From NCBI RefSeq assembly GCF_009914755.1, contig NC_060925.1: a DNA stretch of 64,000 bases, one strand, 5' to 3'. The position numbers were made by a program, and so were the translations under genes. The DNA comes from the human T2T-CHM13v2.0 reference genome, Homo sapiens. The notes under the pieces are model-generated. The model was not told the DNA's origin. It worked only from the letters and a program-made list of their open reading frames with translations, and did no database searches. The stretch's first letter is position 1; each line of letters starts with the position of its first letter. Shown one piece after another: positions 13,766-28,021 of this stretch.

Positions 13766-15448
13766 CCATTCTCCTTTCTGGTCAAATAAAGGGTCAGTAG
13801 GTCAATAGCGCCATCCAAATCAGTCCCAGGTGCAAGTGTCCAACAATATCACCCATAAGAGAACCTGAAAACATCAGAGTGTGTCAGTCTGTGCCTGGGG
13901 CTGCACTGACTCAGCCACTGATCCCAGCCCCGCAGACTGCACAGGGCCTGGAATACCAGCCTCCAAGCAAAGCCCGCTGGCGCACAGAGGTCTGGCCAGA
14001 CAGATGGCTTATCAGGTGTTCCTGCCTACCAGGGGTGACAAAGGAATGCCTTCCTGCCGAGTACAAAGCGACAGCCGCTGTCAGGGGGCCCACTAACAAG
14101 TTCATCTGTTGCTATCAGGGCCCTCTGATGTGGGACGGCCCAAGGGCCAGCTGGGCCAGGCTCTGCAGGTTGCTGAGCAGCAGAAAATCCAGGCTGGCCC
14201 TCAAGGCTCTGAATTCTAATTGGATTTTCCGAGAAATGGCTTTGTCCAGGTTGCAGGGAGGACTGCCGATTTACAAACTGACGGCCGCCAGCCTCTCCCC
14301 CGACCCTGTAACTAGATTTTCCAAGGCTGTGACTCAGCCTCTGGTCTTGTCCTTCCATTTTGAACCCTGCCCTTCTCCGGGGAGCTGATCTATCTGCTCC
14401 GGCTGGCTGGACTCTCCTGCTGGGGTTGAGGGAGGGCTGTCAAGGGTCAGGCTATTTCACAGTGTCAGTAACTGGAACCCTATCCACCCCAATCAGCTGG
14501 GGATGAGTGAGCCACCCTCAGAGGTAGACTTTAGGAAAAGCTCGACCAGCAGCCTTTCACTGTCACCTAGGTAAGGATTCCCACCGGTCCCTGCCCTGTG
14601 GAGATGCACAGGGACCTGGAGTGTGGGAAGCAAGAAGGGGGGCTGTGAAACAAAGCCACGCCTTTGTGGCAAGTGAGTGGTGAAGAGGATAGGCTCCAGG
14701 TTCAAGTACCAGCTCTGCCCCCTCACTAGCTGTCAACTTCGGGCCAACAGCGAATCTCCCTGAGCCCCATTTCCTCTTTGACGTGGAAATGGGACAGAAT
14801 GGGTGTAAGTGCTTAGTGCAGTGTCTGGCGTGGGAAGAAAGACGATGAGGGTGATATATTTGAATTCATCAATGCGTTTTTCATTCCCAGTTTTCTCTAT
14901 TGCCCCAACATCCTAAAATTCAGGCAGCTGTTAGCTTACTGCCTCCAGGAAGGGGTGAACAGCAGGAAAAGGGAAACAGAGAGTCCTGGTTTTTGATTTT
15001 CAACAGTCGAGAAGAGGAGGAGAAACAGAAAGGACTGGTGTAGGTAGACGATAGAACAGATGTGGCACTGCGGGGAAGGGGACACAGACGCCGGACCGGC
15101 AAGGCTTCAGCCTCTTGAGATCAAATAAAAGTTCCCATAGCAGGAGGATGAGGTCTGAAAGCAAGCAAGGCAAACCGAGAACGAGGTCCCTGGGCCGTGT
15201 CCCACGGTGACCCATTCCTGTGTGGAGCCCGGGGTGGGCATAGGAGGCAGCAAGACCCTAGATGGAAGGGCCATCCCTCGGCAGGTGGGTCTGAGATAGC
15301 ACGGCAAAGTTTTTCTGTACCCCAGCAAGGAGCAGGAGGAGAAAAATGATCCCCAGCGACCCCAAAATGGGACAGAAGTGAGGAAGAGTGAGGGCTGCCA
15401 CCTCGAGCTTCCATGTTGCCAGGTAGGTTTTGTAAAAGAGTGAATCCA

Positions 15449-15744
15449 GGCCGGGTGTGATGGCTCACGCCTGTAATCCCAGTACTTTGGGAGGCCGAGC
15501 CTGGCGGATCACAAGGTCAGGAGTTCGAGACAAGCCTGACCAACATGGTGAAACCCCATCTCTACTAATAATACAAAAATTAGCTGGGTGTGATGGCGCG
15601 TGCCTGTAGTCCCAGCTACTCAGGAGGCTTCAGCAGGAGAATCGCTGAACCTGGGAAACAGTGGTTGCAGTGAGCCGAGATCGTGCCACTGCACTCCAGC
15701 CTGGGCGACAGAGTGAGACTCCATCTCAAAACATAACAAAAAAA
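15449..15744 (+). mobile_element. Alu (Sg-like)
   Basis: TSD AAAAGAGTGAATCCA. Confidence 0.95.
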
Positions 15745-16419
15745 GAGTGAATCCAGCCAAATGAAGGGGTCAGAAATGGTGGGGACCGTGATGAACCCAC
15801 AAGGAGGCAAGCCCAGGTTCAAGGGGCAGCTGCCACACAGTGAGGTCCAGCCGATTGCTGCCCCAGGGGACGTGTGCAAAGAGGACTAGCCCAGATATCT
15901 ACACTCGTATGTGAAAATGCCCCATTTCAAATATTGGCAAGTAGTGATTTAAAATACTCTATGGGCCGAACAAAACACACGAGGACTGCATTTGAACTGC
16001 AGGACACCAGGTAGTGGCTTGTCTTCCTGCCAGGTTTCCGTCGAGCACAGCATGGTGTTGGGTTTGGGGTGAAGGACAGCTTGGCAGGGGCTTACACAGA
16101 CCGAAGGCTGACAGCCAGCCTGGGAACAGGGACCAGGTGTCCCCCTGGGGGGGCCTTTGGCACTGCATAAGGCCCTCGGAACTTAGATGCCATTCCAGCC
16201 AAAGGAGGAGGGGAATATTTCCGCCACCTGGCAGAATGGAGGCTTGTAAGATAAATTAGACTGAGTCATGGAAAACTAGTTCTATTTCCTGCCAGCTTGA
16301 TTTGTGGTCTGAGTCTCAAACGTCCTCTGGTAATTTGGGGAATTTAACTTTTTCAACACTGCACATGCTTTTGATAATTTTTTGCCCATCTCCCTATGTA
16401 TGATTTATTATGTGGGTTA

Positions 16420-18540
<2,121 letters not shown>

Positions 18541-19042
18541 TATGATTTATAAAATTAATTTAGAAAATGTCAGCTAGTGGCTGTTGTTTTCTGAGTTTGA
18601 ATGGGGTGCAATATTTCCTGTGACCCCTCAGTCATGGAAGTTCTTAGACTTTTTCATTTGAACCCTGCAGAAGCCCTGGGTGTGGGGGAGGCGGAGCGGA
18701 GATAGAGTTCTTCAGTCAACCCATCTGTATAGAGTACTTCCTATGTGCCCTGCGCTATTCTAGGTATTGGGGGTACTGCAGTGAACAAAACAAATGAAAA
18801 TCCCTCTCCTCATTTATTATTCCCCAATATACGTATAGGGAAACTGAAGCTCAGAAAAGCTATATGATTTGCTCAAAATCACGCAAGACGGAAGTGATGG
18901 AACTAGAGCTTGAACCTAGGTCTTCTGACCTCGAGGCCACCGATTTTCTGACTAAATTTTGCTCTCTATCCTCCTAGACATCAATTCCAGAGCAAAAGCC
19001 ATATGCCGGGGATCCTGTGTTCAATGTTTTAAGCAATAGTTC

Positions 19043-19351
19043 TTTTGTTTGGTTGGTTGGTTTTTATTTTTTACACAGGGTGTCACTCTGTCACCCAGGC
19101 TGGAGTGCAGCGGCGCCATCTCAGCTCACTACAGCCTCGACCTCCCGACTTCAAGCCATCCTCTCACCTCAGTTTTCCAAGTAGCTGAGACTACAGGCAC
19201 CTGCTACCACACCCGGCTAGTTTTTGTTATTTTTTGTAGAGACTAGGTTTCACCATGCCCACGCTGGTCTTCAACCCCTGGCCTCAAGTGATCTGCCTGC
19301 CTCAGCCCCCCAAAGTGCTGGGATTACAGGCGTGAGCCACTGCACCCAGCT
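19043..19351 (-). mobile_element. Alu (J-like)
   Basis: Diverged dimeric Alu. Confidence 0.9.
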
Positions 19352-19359
19352 AAGCAACC

Positions 19360-19568
19360 ATTATTAACTGGGGCTGATTCCTCTGCCACCAGGGGAAACA
19401 GTTGGCAATGTCTGGAGACATTTTGATTGTCACAGCTGGGGAAAGGGGTGCTACTGGCATCTGGAGAGTAGAGCCAGGGAAGCTGTTTGGCATCCTGCAA
19501 TGCACCAGTCTCCCACGACAAAGAATTCCCAGCCCAAATGTCAATAGTGCCAAAACTGCAACACTCTA
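19360..19568 (+). mobile_element. MER20 DNA transposon
   Basis: TTGGCAATGTCTGGAGACATTTT...CCCAAATGTCAATAGTGCC. Confidence 0.85.
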
Positions 19569-21549
19569 ATCGAAAGATCTCAAAGAGTCACAACAAAGAC
19601 AACTGCTACCCAGACAACATTGTGTAATACTGAACTTCCACCCAAGTACACACAATGACAGGTAGGGTAAGAGCAGGTACACTGTTGGTTGAGGGCTTAT
19701 GGTCGTTATGAAGTAGGTACAAAGAACCATCCACTCTGCTGTGTCAATACTGGGAGGCTTTTCTGCAGAGGAGGGGATTGGGACAGTTTGGATGGTAGGA
19801 AGGAGAGACTGGTGGGCTGCTCACAAGAGGATGCAGAAAGGGCAGGAGGAATATTGTGACCTCCACTCTATGACTCTGCCACATCTGTTTCTCCTAAAGA
19901 ACCCTGGTAACCTCCTCCTTTGTGTAGAAATGAGCAAGAAAGCAGAGCAGGACATGCAAAGCCCTTTGAGGAACAGCAGGGAAACCAGAAGGACCTTCAG
20001 TCACATCCTAGAGGTGCAAGAAACACAACTTCCACTCTCAAAATTAGATTGAATTTCTATTTCAAGTCCCCATTTGGCTGGTAGAAAGACATCTAGCCAT
20101 AATTAATCAGGGCCTCCCTACCTCTTGCCCTGGGTTGCGTCTAGATTTGTTTTTGGGGTAGAGGAGGCTCAGAAAGTGCCAAGGCCTGGGCAGAGGTCAG
20201 TGTCTGGTGTCCCCTGACATCTGCTATGTTGGCCTCACTTCCATCTTCCTGATGGCAGATGCAGCTGCCTAGGCCTCCTGGAAGTCTCTGTGCCTGGCCT
20301 CTTTCTCCTCCTCTCAGCTTCTTCCTCCCTCCTCTGGGGCACACGGGAGATGTTGGCAGAGCTTGGTAAACCTCTGCAAGGCTGCGTCACCCCTCTGCCA
20401 ATTACTCCCTCCCCCACTGCATCTGTGCCTTGGGAGGGGAGGAGCAGGCACTCTCCTGAGCTTGCCCGAAAGCCACACTTATGAAGCTAGTGTGGGACTG
20501 CCGCTTGGGCACCACCCACCTCCCTAGCCCCACATCATCATGGCTCATCCACTCTCCTTAGATCCTCTGTCCAGACCCCTGGCCCAGGGCACTTGACCTC
20601 ATCTTGGTCATGGGGAAATGACTTTTGCATCGTGCTCAGTCTTCAGGATGTCTTGTTAATGCCACAAATTTTATTCCTAGAAGCCTCTGGGACTTCTACT
20701 TTTGAAACTCAAAGCCCAGGCTCTTGTAATGCCAAAGTATTGGTTCTTGAAACTCAAAAGCGTCTCTGCTTTTCTGCTGGATGAGGCTTCCCCTAAAGGA
20801 AGAAGAGCCACTGTCTGGAAAGAACAAAAGGGAGGAAAAAAAACTTTCATCAAGTGAAATATTATCACACTACAGCAGCAAGGCGGAGTACGCGGGCAAC
20901 CAGGACCGTGGCAGGTGTGGAAGATACTGTCATTGCTTCTCCCTTTGGGCCCCTCTGTCCCCAGGTTTATGACCCATTCTCCAAACCTGGATCAAGAAGT
21001 CCCATCTGAAGGGTGTCACAAGCAACCAGTTCTATGAGAGCCAGGGTAGAGAAGCTGCAAGAACACAGCCTCCAGGCAGCCTGGGTCCATGCCCAGACCC
21101 CAGCTTTGCCAGCTCGGTGTTCATGGTCAGGTCATTTAACCTCTCTGTTTCAGTTTCCCCATCTGTGAAAAGGGGAAATATAGTACCTTCCTCATGTGGT
21201 GACGAGCCTGATCAAATGCAGCAGGCCTTGTACAGTGTGTAGCAGACTGCCTGGCCCTGGTCAGCACTGTATGACGGTTGGCTGCTATTATTGTTGTCAT
21301 TGGCTTATCCAAGGGGTGAGTGGATTTCCTTGGAATCCCATCACACAGGGCCCTTGAGCAGTTAGTTAACTAGCAGAAGGTCAGGGCACCCATGCCTGGC
21401 CTCTGGCATTACTCCTCAGCTGCTTGTCGAAGCTTCAAAGGGACTCTCTTAGTGTCCTTTTATTTCAAGAAACAGAAACTCATCAGGAAAGGAAATTCCT
21501 GGGAAAAACAGAACAGGAGGGCCAGCAGTAATCCAGGCCTCCTGGATTA

Positions 21550-21793
21550 CACATTAAGAGTAAGTGGGGACTGGCGCGGTGGCTCACACCAGTGATCCTA
21601 GCACTTTGGGAGACCAAGGCAGGTAGATCACTTAGGCCCAGGATTTTGAGACCAGCCTAGGTAACGTAGCAAGAACCCCATCTCTACAAAAAAAAAAATT
21701 AAAAATTAGCCAGGTGTGGTGGTGCATGCCTGTAGTCCCAGCTACTCAGGAGGCTGAGATGGAAGAATCACTTGAGCCCAGCAAGTGGAGGCT
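21550..21793 (+). repeat. Partial local copy of the AluJ at 22886 including its 5' flank
   Basis: Shares non-Alu flank CACATTAAGAGTAAGTGG and private Alu variants with 22867-23108. Confidence 0.9.
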
Positions 21794-22885
21794 TGCTTCT
21801 TTCTCCTGCTCCCTCTGCAGTTGGCTTTCCTGCTTCAGTGTGTGCCAGTCCAACATGGCAGCTTCCCTGGGCTCGAGGTTACCTGCTGCAGGGACCTGCT
21901 GGGGTCTTCTGACAGCCATTGGCATTGTTTCTGTTGTCAAAGCCTCCATTTGGTTCAGGTGTCTTCACCAACCCCCAGGTGACTCCAGGTGAATCCTGAG
22001 AGCCTATGCCCATTTTGAGCGTCCTTGCCAGTGACAGGCATATGACCCAGTTCCGGCAAAGGAGGTATCAAGGAAGTTTACTGGGAGCTTCTGGGAAAGG
22101 TTTCGTCGCTGATGAAAAAGAGACCCACGGGAAGATGAGAGAGCATGGAGCCCAAGGGATGACGAGTAATGAGGCTGAGCTTGTGAGAAGGGCCCACCCC
22201 CTTAGGAAGTCCCACATGTCCTTGCAGAGAAGGCTGGACTGCATGAGGGGACAACGGGGACCCACTGAATTGCTGACTTTACAATACAGAGAATGGATTA
22301 AAGGGGGAGGGTTTGGGAGCAGGACACCAGTTAGGAAGCAGCCAGATGAACTGCAATCATGCTGAGGCTTAGAGGGAAGTTTCTACAAGCTGGAGCACAA
22401 GAGGAGATGGGGTGATAGGGAGGTAGAATTGCTAGCTGGCTGTTCTCAGGGGTCTCAAGAACTTGTACCCCAATGCGACGATGTCCTCAGAAGCTCCATT
22501 CTGGGCTGTCTACACAGGTCCAGTTACACTGGTAACTCAGATAGAAACACATTTCCAGAATCAACATTTTTCAGCAAACGGGACAAAACTGTTTTATTTA
22601 AACTAATGGTCCAACTATCCAATTTTGCTTTGCGCTACGTGAGCACAATTTGTCTGCCACACAGACCTGATTCAGCCTTCAGTGGGGCTGGGCCAGTATA
22701 TCACCAGTGAAACCTACACGCAAGACACATCCCTTCCCGGTGACTAATGTGCACCGTTTCAGGAAAAGGCCAGGTTGAAAGTGCACATACGTGATTTACT
22801 GCTGACTTTGGCAAGAGTCATACAGCAGAGACACTGCTCAGCTCCTCACAGGTTTAGAAATAAGCCCACATTAAGAGTAAGTGGG

Positions 22886-23178
22886 GGCTGGGCGCGGTGG
22901 CTGACACCTGTGATCCTAGCACTTTGGGAGGCCAAGGCAGGTGGATCACTTAAGCCCAGGATTTTGAGACCAGCCTGGGTAACGTAGCAAGACCCCCATC
23001 TCTACAAAAAAATTTAAAACTTAGCCAGGTGTGGTGGTGCATGCCTGTAGTCCCAGCTACTCAGGAGGCTGAGATGGAAGAATCACTTGAGTCCAGGAAG
23101 TGGAGGCTGCAGTAAGCAGAGATTATGCCATTGCACCACAGCCTGGGTGACAGAGAAAGATCCTGTCTGAAAAAAAAA
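22886..23178 (+). mobile_element. AluJ (donor of the 21550 copy)
   Basis: Complete, with tail and degenerate TSD AAGAGTAAGTGG/AAAAGTCAGTGG. Confidence 0.92.
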
Positions 23179-23493
23179 GTCAGTGGGAAGAGAGAGTGAC
23201 CTGCTCAGAACCAAGCAAGGGTAAAGAATGACAGATGGCAGAGAACAGAGCAAGCAAGGGAGGATACAGGGACAGATAATAGGAGGATATGCTCCTGGTG
23301 GACAATACAGGTGGTTTCCAGCCAACTTTATTATTAACACATTCTCACTAAAAAATAAAATTACCTCCCCAACACACACACACCCCCCCTCAGTTTCTAA
23401 GGGTAACCTGTTTGGTTTGATTCCTCCCATAGTCTTTCTGTACATAATCAAATATATGTATGTGTGTCTACATCTTTTTAAAAAGTCATTTGT

Positions 23494-23792
23494 GAGCCAG
23501 GCATGGTGGCTCATGCCTGTAATCCCAGCACTTTGGGAGGCTGAGGCGGGTAGATCACTTGAGGTCAGGAGTTCAAGACCAGCCTGGCCAACATTGTGAA
23601 ACCCCATCTCTACTAAAAATACAAAAAATTAGCTGGGCGTGGTGGTGTACGCCTGTAATCCCAGCTACTCGAGAGGCTGAGGCAGGAAAATTGCTTGAAC
23701 CGAGAAGTCAGAGGTTGTAGTGCAACCTCTGCACCACTGCACTCCAGCCTAGGTGACAGACACTCTGTCTCAAAAAAATAAAAAATAAAAAA
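23494..23792 (+). mobile_element. Alu within an old L1M fragment
   Basis: Dimeric Alu with a small internal deletion near 23722. Confidence 0.92.
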
Positions 23793-24634
23793 AGTGGTTT
23801 GTGTAGTATCATCATATTTAGTGCCTTTCTCGGTGAATGATATAACTTGGACGTTCTTCCATGTCAGATAGCTCTACCTCATTCTTTCTGGTGACTTCAT
23901 AGTGTGCCAGCATGAGTCTATGCCACAATTTACTTAGCATAGCTCCTAGTGCTGGGCATTGAGGTTGGTAACCACTTTTCACCGTTACAATTAATCAGCA
24001 ATGAAAACCCTTGGACGTTCTGTTCCTGAGCACATGTGTGAGTTGTTCTGCATGATGATCTATTTCTATAAGCTGATTTTCCAGCCTCACTTTCATTGAT
24101 GTGCCTGGAAAGTCAGTAGCATGACAGACTGGGGTCTTGGTCACTAACCAGGGACAGTCGAATATTTTAAAACTGTCGTTATTTACCCATTCAGCCAGAA
24201 AGAATAAAAATGTAATGCCACGGGAATTCTCAGAACAGCATCCTCTCCTCTTTGAATTCAGGCTTTCAGAACTAGACAGGCTAATGCTCCCACAACTCAT
24301 GTTCAGGCCACACTGGGTACTTTGTCACATACTAGTTCACCTGATCCCCGAGTTGGTCCTGGAAAATAGGTATTATTAGCATAGAAATGCTAATAATTTT
24401 TTTTTGACACATGAGGAAACTGAGGCTCAGAGAGGACAAGACATCTGCCCAGGGTCACACAACTCACAAATAGCAGAGGATTCAGAAACCAAAGACAAAG
24501 GTGATGGAATCCTGCCTTATTTCTAAATCCGTGATGTAGGCTAGATCATGGTGCCTCTTCAGAAGTTTACAGTGGACAGTTAGCCAAAAAAGCAGGTGAA
24601 GTGAACATCTGCCTAGGTGACTGAGTTTGCAGGA

Positions 24635-25149
24635 TGTATTAGTTTCCTCCCGCTGCTGTGACAAATTGACCCAAACTTCATGGCTTAGAACAACACAGTG
24701 AACTATCTTCTTACAGTTCTGGAGGTCAGATGTCCAAAACGGATCTGCAAATGCCTTCCCACCTTCAAATCATAAGGCAGACCCAAACTTGCCTTTTTGT
24801 GGATGCCAAGAGCTCCTTCTGGATGCTCTGGCTGACACTCCATTCCTTTCCTTTTCTAGCTCCTAGAGGCTGCCCACATTCCTTGGCTACTGACCCTTGT
24901 CCAGCAACTGTATCATTCTGATCTCTACTTCTATCACCACATCTCCCTCTCTAACTCTGACCCTCCCGCTTCCCTCTTGTAGGAACCCTTTTGACAACAT
25001 TGGACCCACCAGGAAAATCAAGGATAACCTCCCCGTCCCAACATCTTTAACTTGATCCCATCTGCAAAGTCCCTTTTGCCACGTAAAGTAACCAGTTCTG
25101 GGGATCAGGTTGTGAACATCTTTGGGCAGCCATTATTCTGCCTATCACA
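24635..25149 (-). mobile_element. MLT1D-like solo LTR with a 63-bp foreign insert (24748-24810)
   Basis: TGTATTAGTTTCCT...CATTATTCTGCCTATCACA termini. Confidence 0.85.
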
Positions 25150-26599
25150 GAAGGGGGTTCCTAGCTTAGTGATTTAGAGCAAGGGCCCTGCAAAGACCCC
25201 AGATTCAAATACTTTGTCACTTGCTAGCAGATCCAGGTACCTAACTTCTCTGAGTCTTAACAGCCTCATCTGAAAAACTAGAATAATAGAATCTTCCTTC
25301 TAGGGCTGTTTTGAAAACCAAAGAACACAATGTATGCAGTGCACGTGAAACACAGGGTTCAATAAATGGTAGGGAAGATTCAGAGAAACTAACCATGTAG
25401 AGGGAGAGGGCTGTGGAGGAGAGGAGGATAAGGAGAGACATGCTTCCTTTGGTAGCTTCTTCAGTTTTGCCTGGGCCTCAGCTTTGCCTGAGAATTTCGT
25501 CAGTCTCTCCCCAGATCAGCCAGGGTGAGCCTGCTTAAATGGAACACTCTGAAGATGATATCCTGTGATAAACAAGACCTGCCCAGTTGGGTCTGCAGCA
25601 GAGTGGGGCGGGTCTGGGATGACCCTGGCATGGAAAAGCACAGCAGCTCTTTGTCTTCAGATTAGGAGCTGGGACAGCTGTTCTGACATGATCACCCCCC
25701 GCCCCCACCCCAGGCCTCTCCAAAGTCCATCTTGCAGAGTCAAATGAAAACCAGATTCCTGGTCTTATCTGAGAGCTACGTGACTGTTTCCTGTCACTCC
25801 TTTGGAGCCTGGGAAGGTCCCCACATGCATTGTCTAAACTTTGGGATGAATACGCACAGCTCTTAAATGGGAGCATATTATTATAGGTACCTGCCTACAC
25901 AAAGGGTCCTCCCTATTCACTAAAATCATGGGTTATTATTTAGGGCTTTCATTCATCCAACAAATGTTTATTCCGCATTTGCAGGTGGCCAGGCAAGGTG
26001 AACATTCTCTCAGGGTGGAGAGTATGTGCAGACAGGAGGAATTATGCTATGGGAGGGAGAGCAGAAGCTCTGGAGTGGATCATCTTGGGTCTAGATCCTG
26101 ATACTTCCCAGCTGTGTTTTCACTGGGCAAAATGACCTCACCTCCTTAAGCCTCAGCCTTCTCTTCTATAAAGTGGGCATAACAAATAACCGCCTCCTAG
26201 GTTATGAGGATTAAATGAGATGGTTCAGGGGATGTGGGTGGTAACCCCGCCCCTGGTTCATAGCAAGGATGTGAGGAATAGCAGTTGCTGTCATAGACAT
26301 GGAGACTGTTTCCCCAAATGCCTTCCCACCCCCAAATCATAAGGCAGACCCAAACTTGCCTTTTTGTGGACGCCAAGGTTCTGTCGAGCTGTTAGGGTGC
26401 AAGTTAAGAAGCCAGAATGGCGGGCTGAGGGGAGAAATGCCCGCATGTTACAACTCTGCAGGTGTACACACGTGGACACCATATGTACCCATGAATTCCG
26501 CCTTTGGAAGTGAACTTGATTGCAGCCTATTTTCGTCTGGAGGCGGTGGATTCCCGGTAGGAGGCGCCTTCAGTCCTCGGCTCGATCCTGTGACGCCAG

Positions 26600-26853
26600 C
26601 CAGCTGCCTATCGGCTTCTCAGTGTTTGAACTTCAAAGGGCTGGACGCTCACCCAAGAAGGGGACCCCGGCCTGACCTCTCTCGGAATTCAAAAAAATCT
26701 AAGGCTCAGAGAGGGAATGGGAGCTGGCTCTTCCCTCTGTGTTTAGCATCCACGTTTTTTGGCGGTCTGGCTGAAACCAGCCCACCCTAGTTCGGGCGCC
26801 AGAGCAACGCAGTTCCGAGGGCAGATCTCCAAGGGGCGGAGGCAGAGCCGCGG
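26600..26853 (+). other. TMEM51: Candidate upstream alternative non-coding first exon (5' end approximate)
   Basis: Donor CGG|GTAAGA at 26853/26854 near the 5' edge of the island; gene identity tentative. Confidence 0.5.
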
Positions 26854-27455
26854 GTAAGAGGCTTCCGCGCCGACTTCGGGTTTGCACTCCCCGGAGCCAG
26901 AACTCCGTGGCGGCTCCGGGCCTCCGTGGATCCGAGCAGAGACTGGCTGCCCGCCTGCCACTCGCAGGCTGGGAAAACGCCAGCCGGTGCCTCGCCGGGA
27001 AAGTTCTCGGCAAAGCTGGGGATGAGCCCTCAGCAGGGCAGGCTCCCGGTGCAGCGCGCCCCCATCCATTGCCCGCGCGCAAGAACCCGGAATGGGCCCC
27101 ACCTGGGCCGGGACTCGGGCGTGCGATCCCGAGGGCGCCCTGGGGACCAGGCATCGGGTGGGGACCCTGGCCGAGGGCGTGAGCTGACTCAGTTTTTAAA
27201 AACTCGCTTCCTCCTTCCCTACTTGTGCCGGTCACTCACCTCGCTGGGAACCAGCCCAGGGCAGAAGGGGGAGAGGGAGGCGGTGGCCTCCCCAGGAAGG
27301 AGAGGTGAGTATCCCGCCAGGTAAAGGCGGGGCGGCTGGCGGAGCTGTGCCTCGGCGTCTGCGCCTGGTGTGGGAGGAAAGCGGGTCTCCCAGCTCCACT
27401 TAAACCCCTAAAACCTGGGACTTCTAGCTTGAGACATTCCCCGACCACCACCCGT

Positions 27456-27492
27456 CACACACACGCGCGCGCGCGCACACACGCATGCACAC
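27456..27492. repeat. Alternating purine-pyrimidine tract (CA)n(CG)n(CA)n, Z-DNA prone
   Basis: CACACACACGCGCGCGCGCGCACACACGCATGCACAC. Confidence 0.9.
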
Positions 27493-27799
27493 CGATTCTC
27501 TGGGCCCTAGGGAGGAGGGGGGATCAGGGCTCTATTTTCTCCCGACCCCCTCTTATCCAACTCGGCTGGCAAGGGTTGGGGAGAACTTAGGCCCAGCCCC
27601 CCGGCACACGCTCAGCGCACTCCAGCGGCATACGCTGGGGAGTGGGTGCCCGCCTCGCTCAGCTGCGATCCCTCGCCTCGGGCCCGGGGGTGGTGCCGAG
27701 GGCCGGGAGGGAGGGTCGGCCGGTGGGCGGTGCTTCTCCGGGCTGGAGGCCGCTCCTGGCCGGCACCGCCCTCCGCCTCCCGCGGTCCCTCCCTCCCGC

Positions 27800-28021
27800 A
27801 CGCCGGCGCTCCCAGGCCGCGCTTCCTGCGTCCCCAACCCGGTCCCTGAGAGGGCACTGCGCCCTCTCCACCACTGCGTTCCCTCGGCTAAGAATCCCCC
27901 GAACCCCAGCCCCGCGATCGCGGCGCCCACCGAGGAGGCCGCCCGGGTGGGGCGCGGGGGTCGCGAAGCCCGCAGCCCCGGACCGCCCAGCCGAGACGGA
28001 GCCGGACCCGCCGCCTCCCGG
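27800..28021 (+). other. TMEM51: Candidate main non-coding first exon (5' end approximate)
   Basis: Donor CGG|GTGAGT at 28021/28022 in the island core; no ATG in the exon; no coding exon recognised in the next 36 kb; gene identity tentative. Confidence 0.55.

Noticed and set aside
13879-14388. 169-aa + strand ORF in unique sequence
   Set aside because: GTG start, no recognisable protein family and no supporting exon structure
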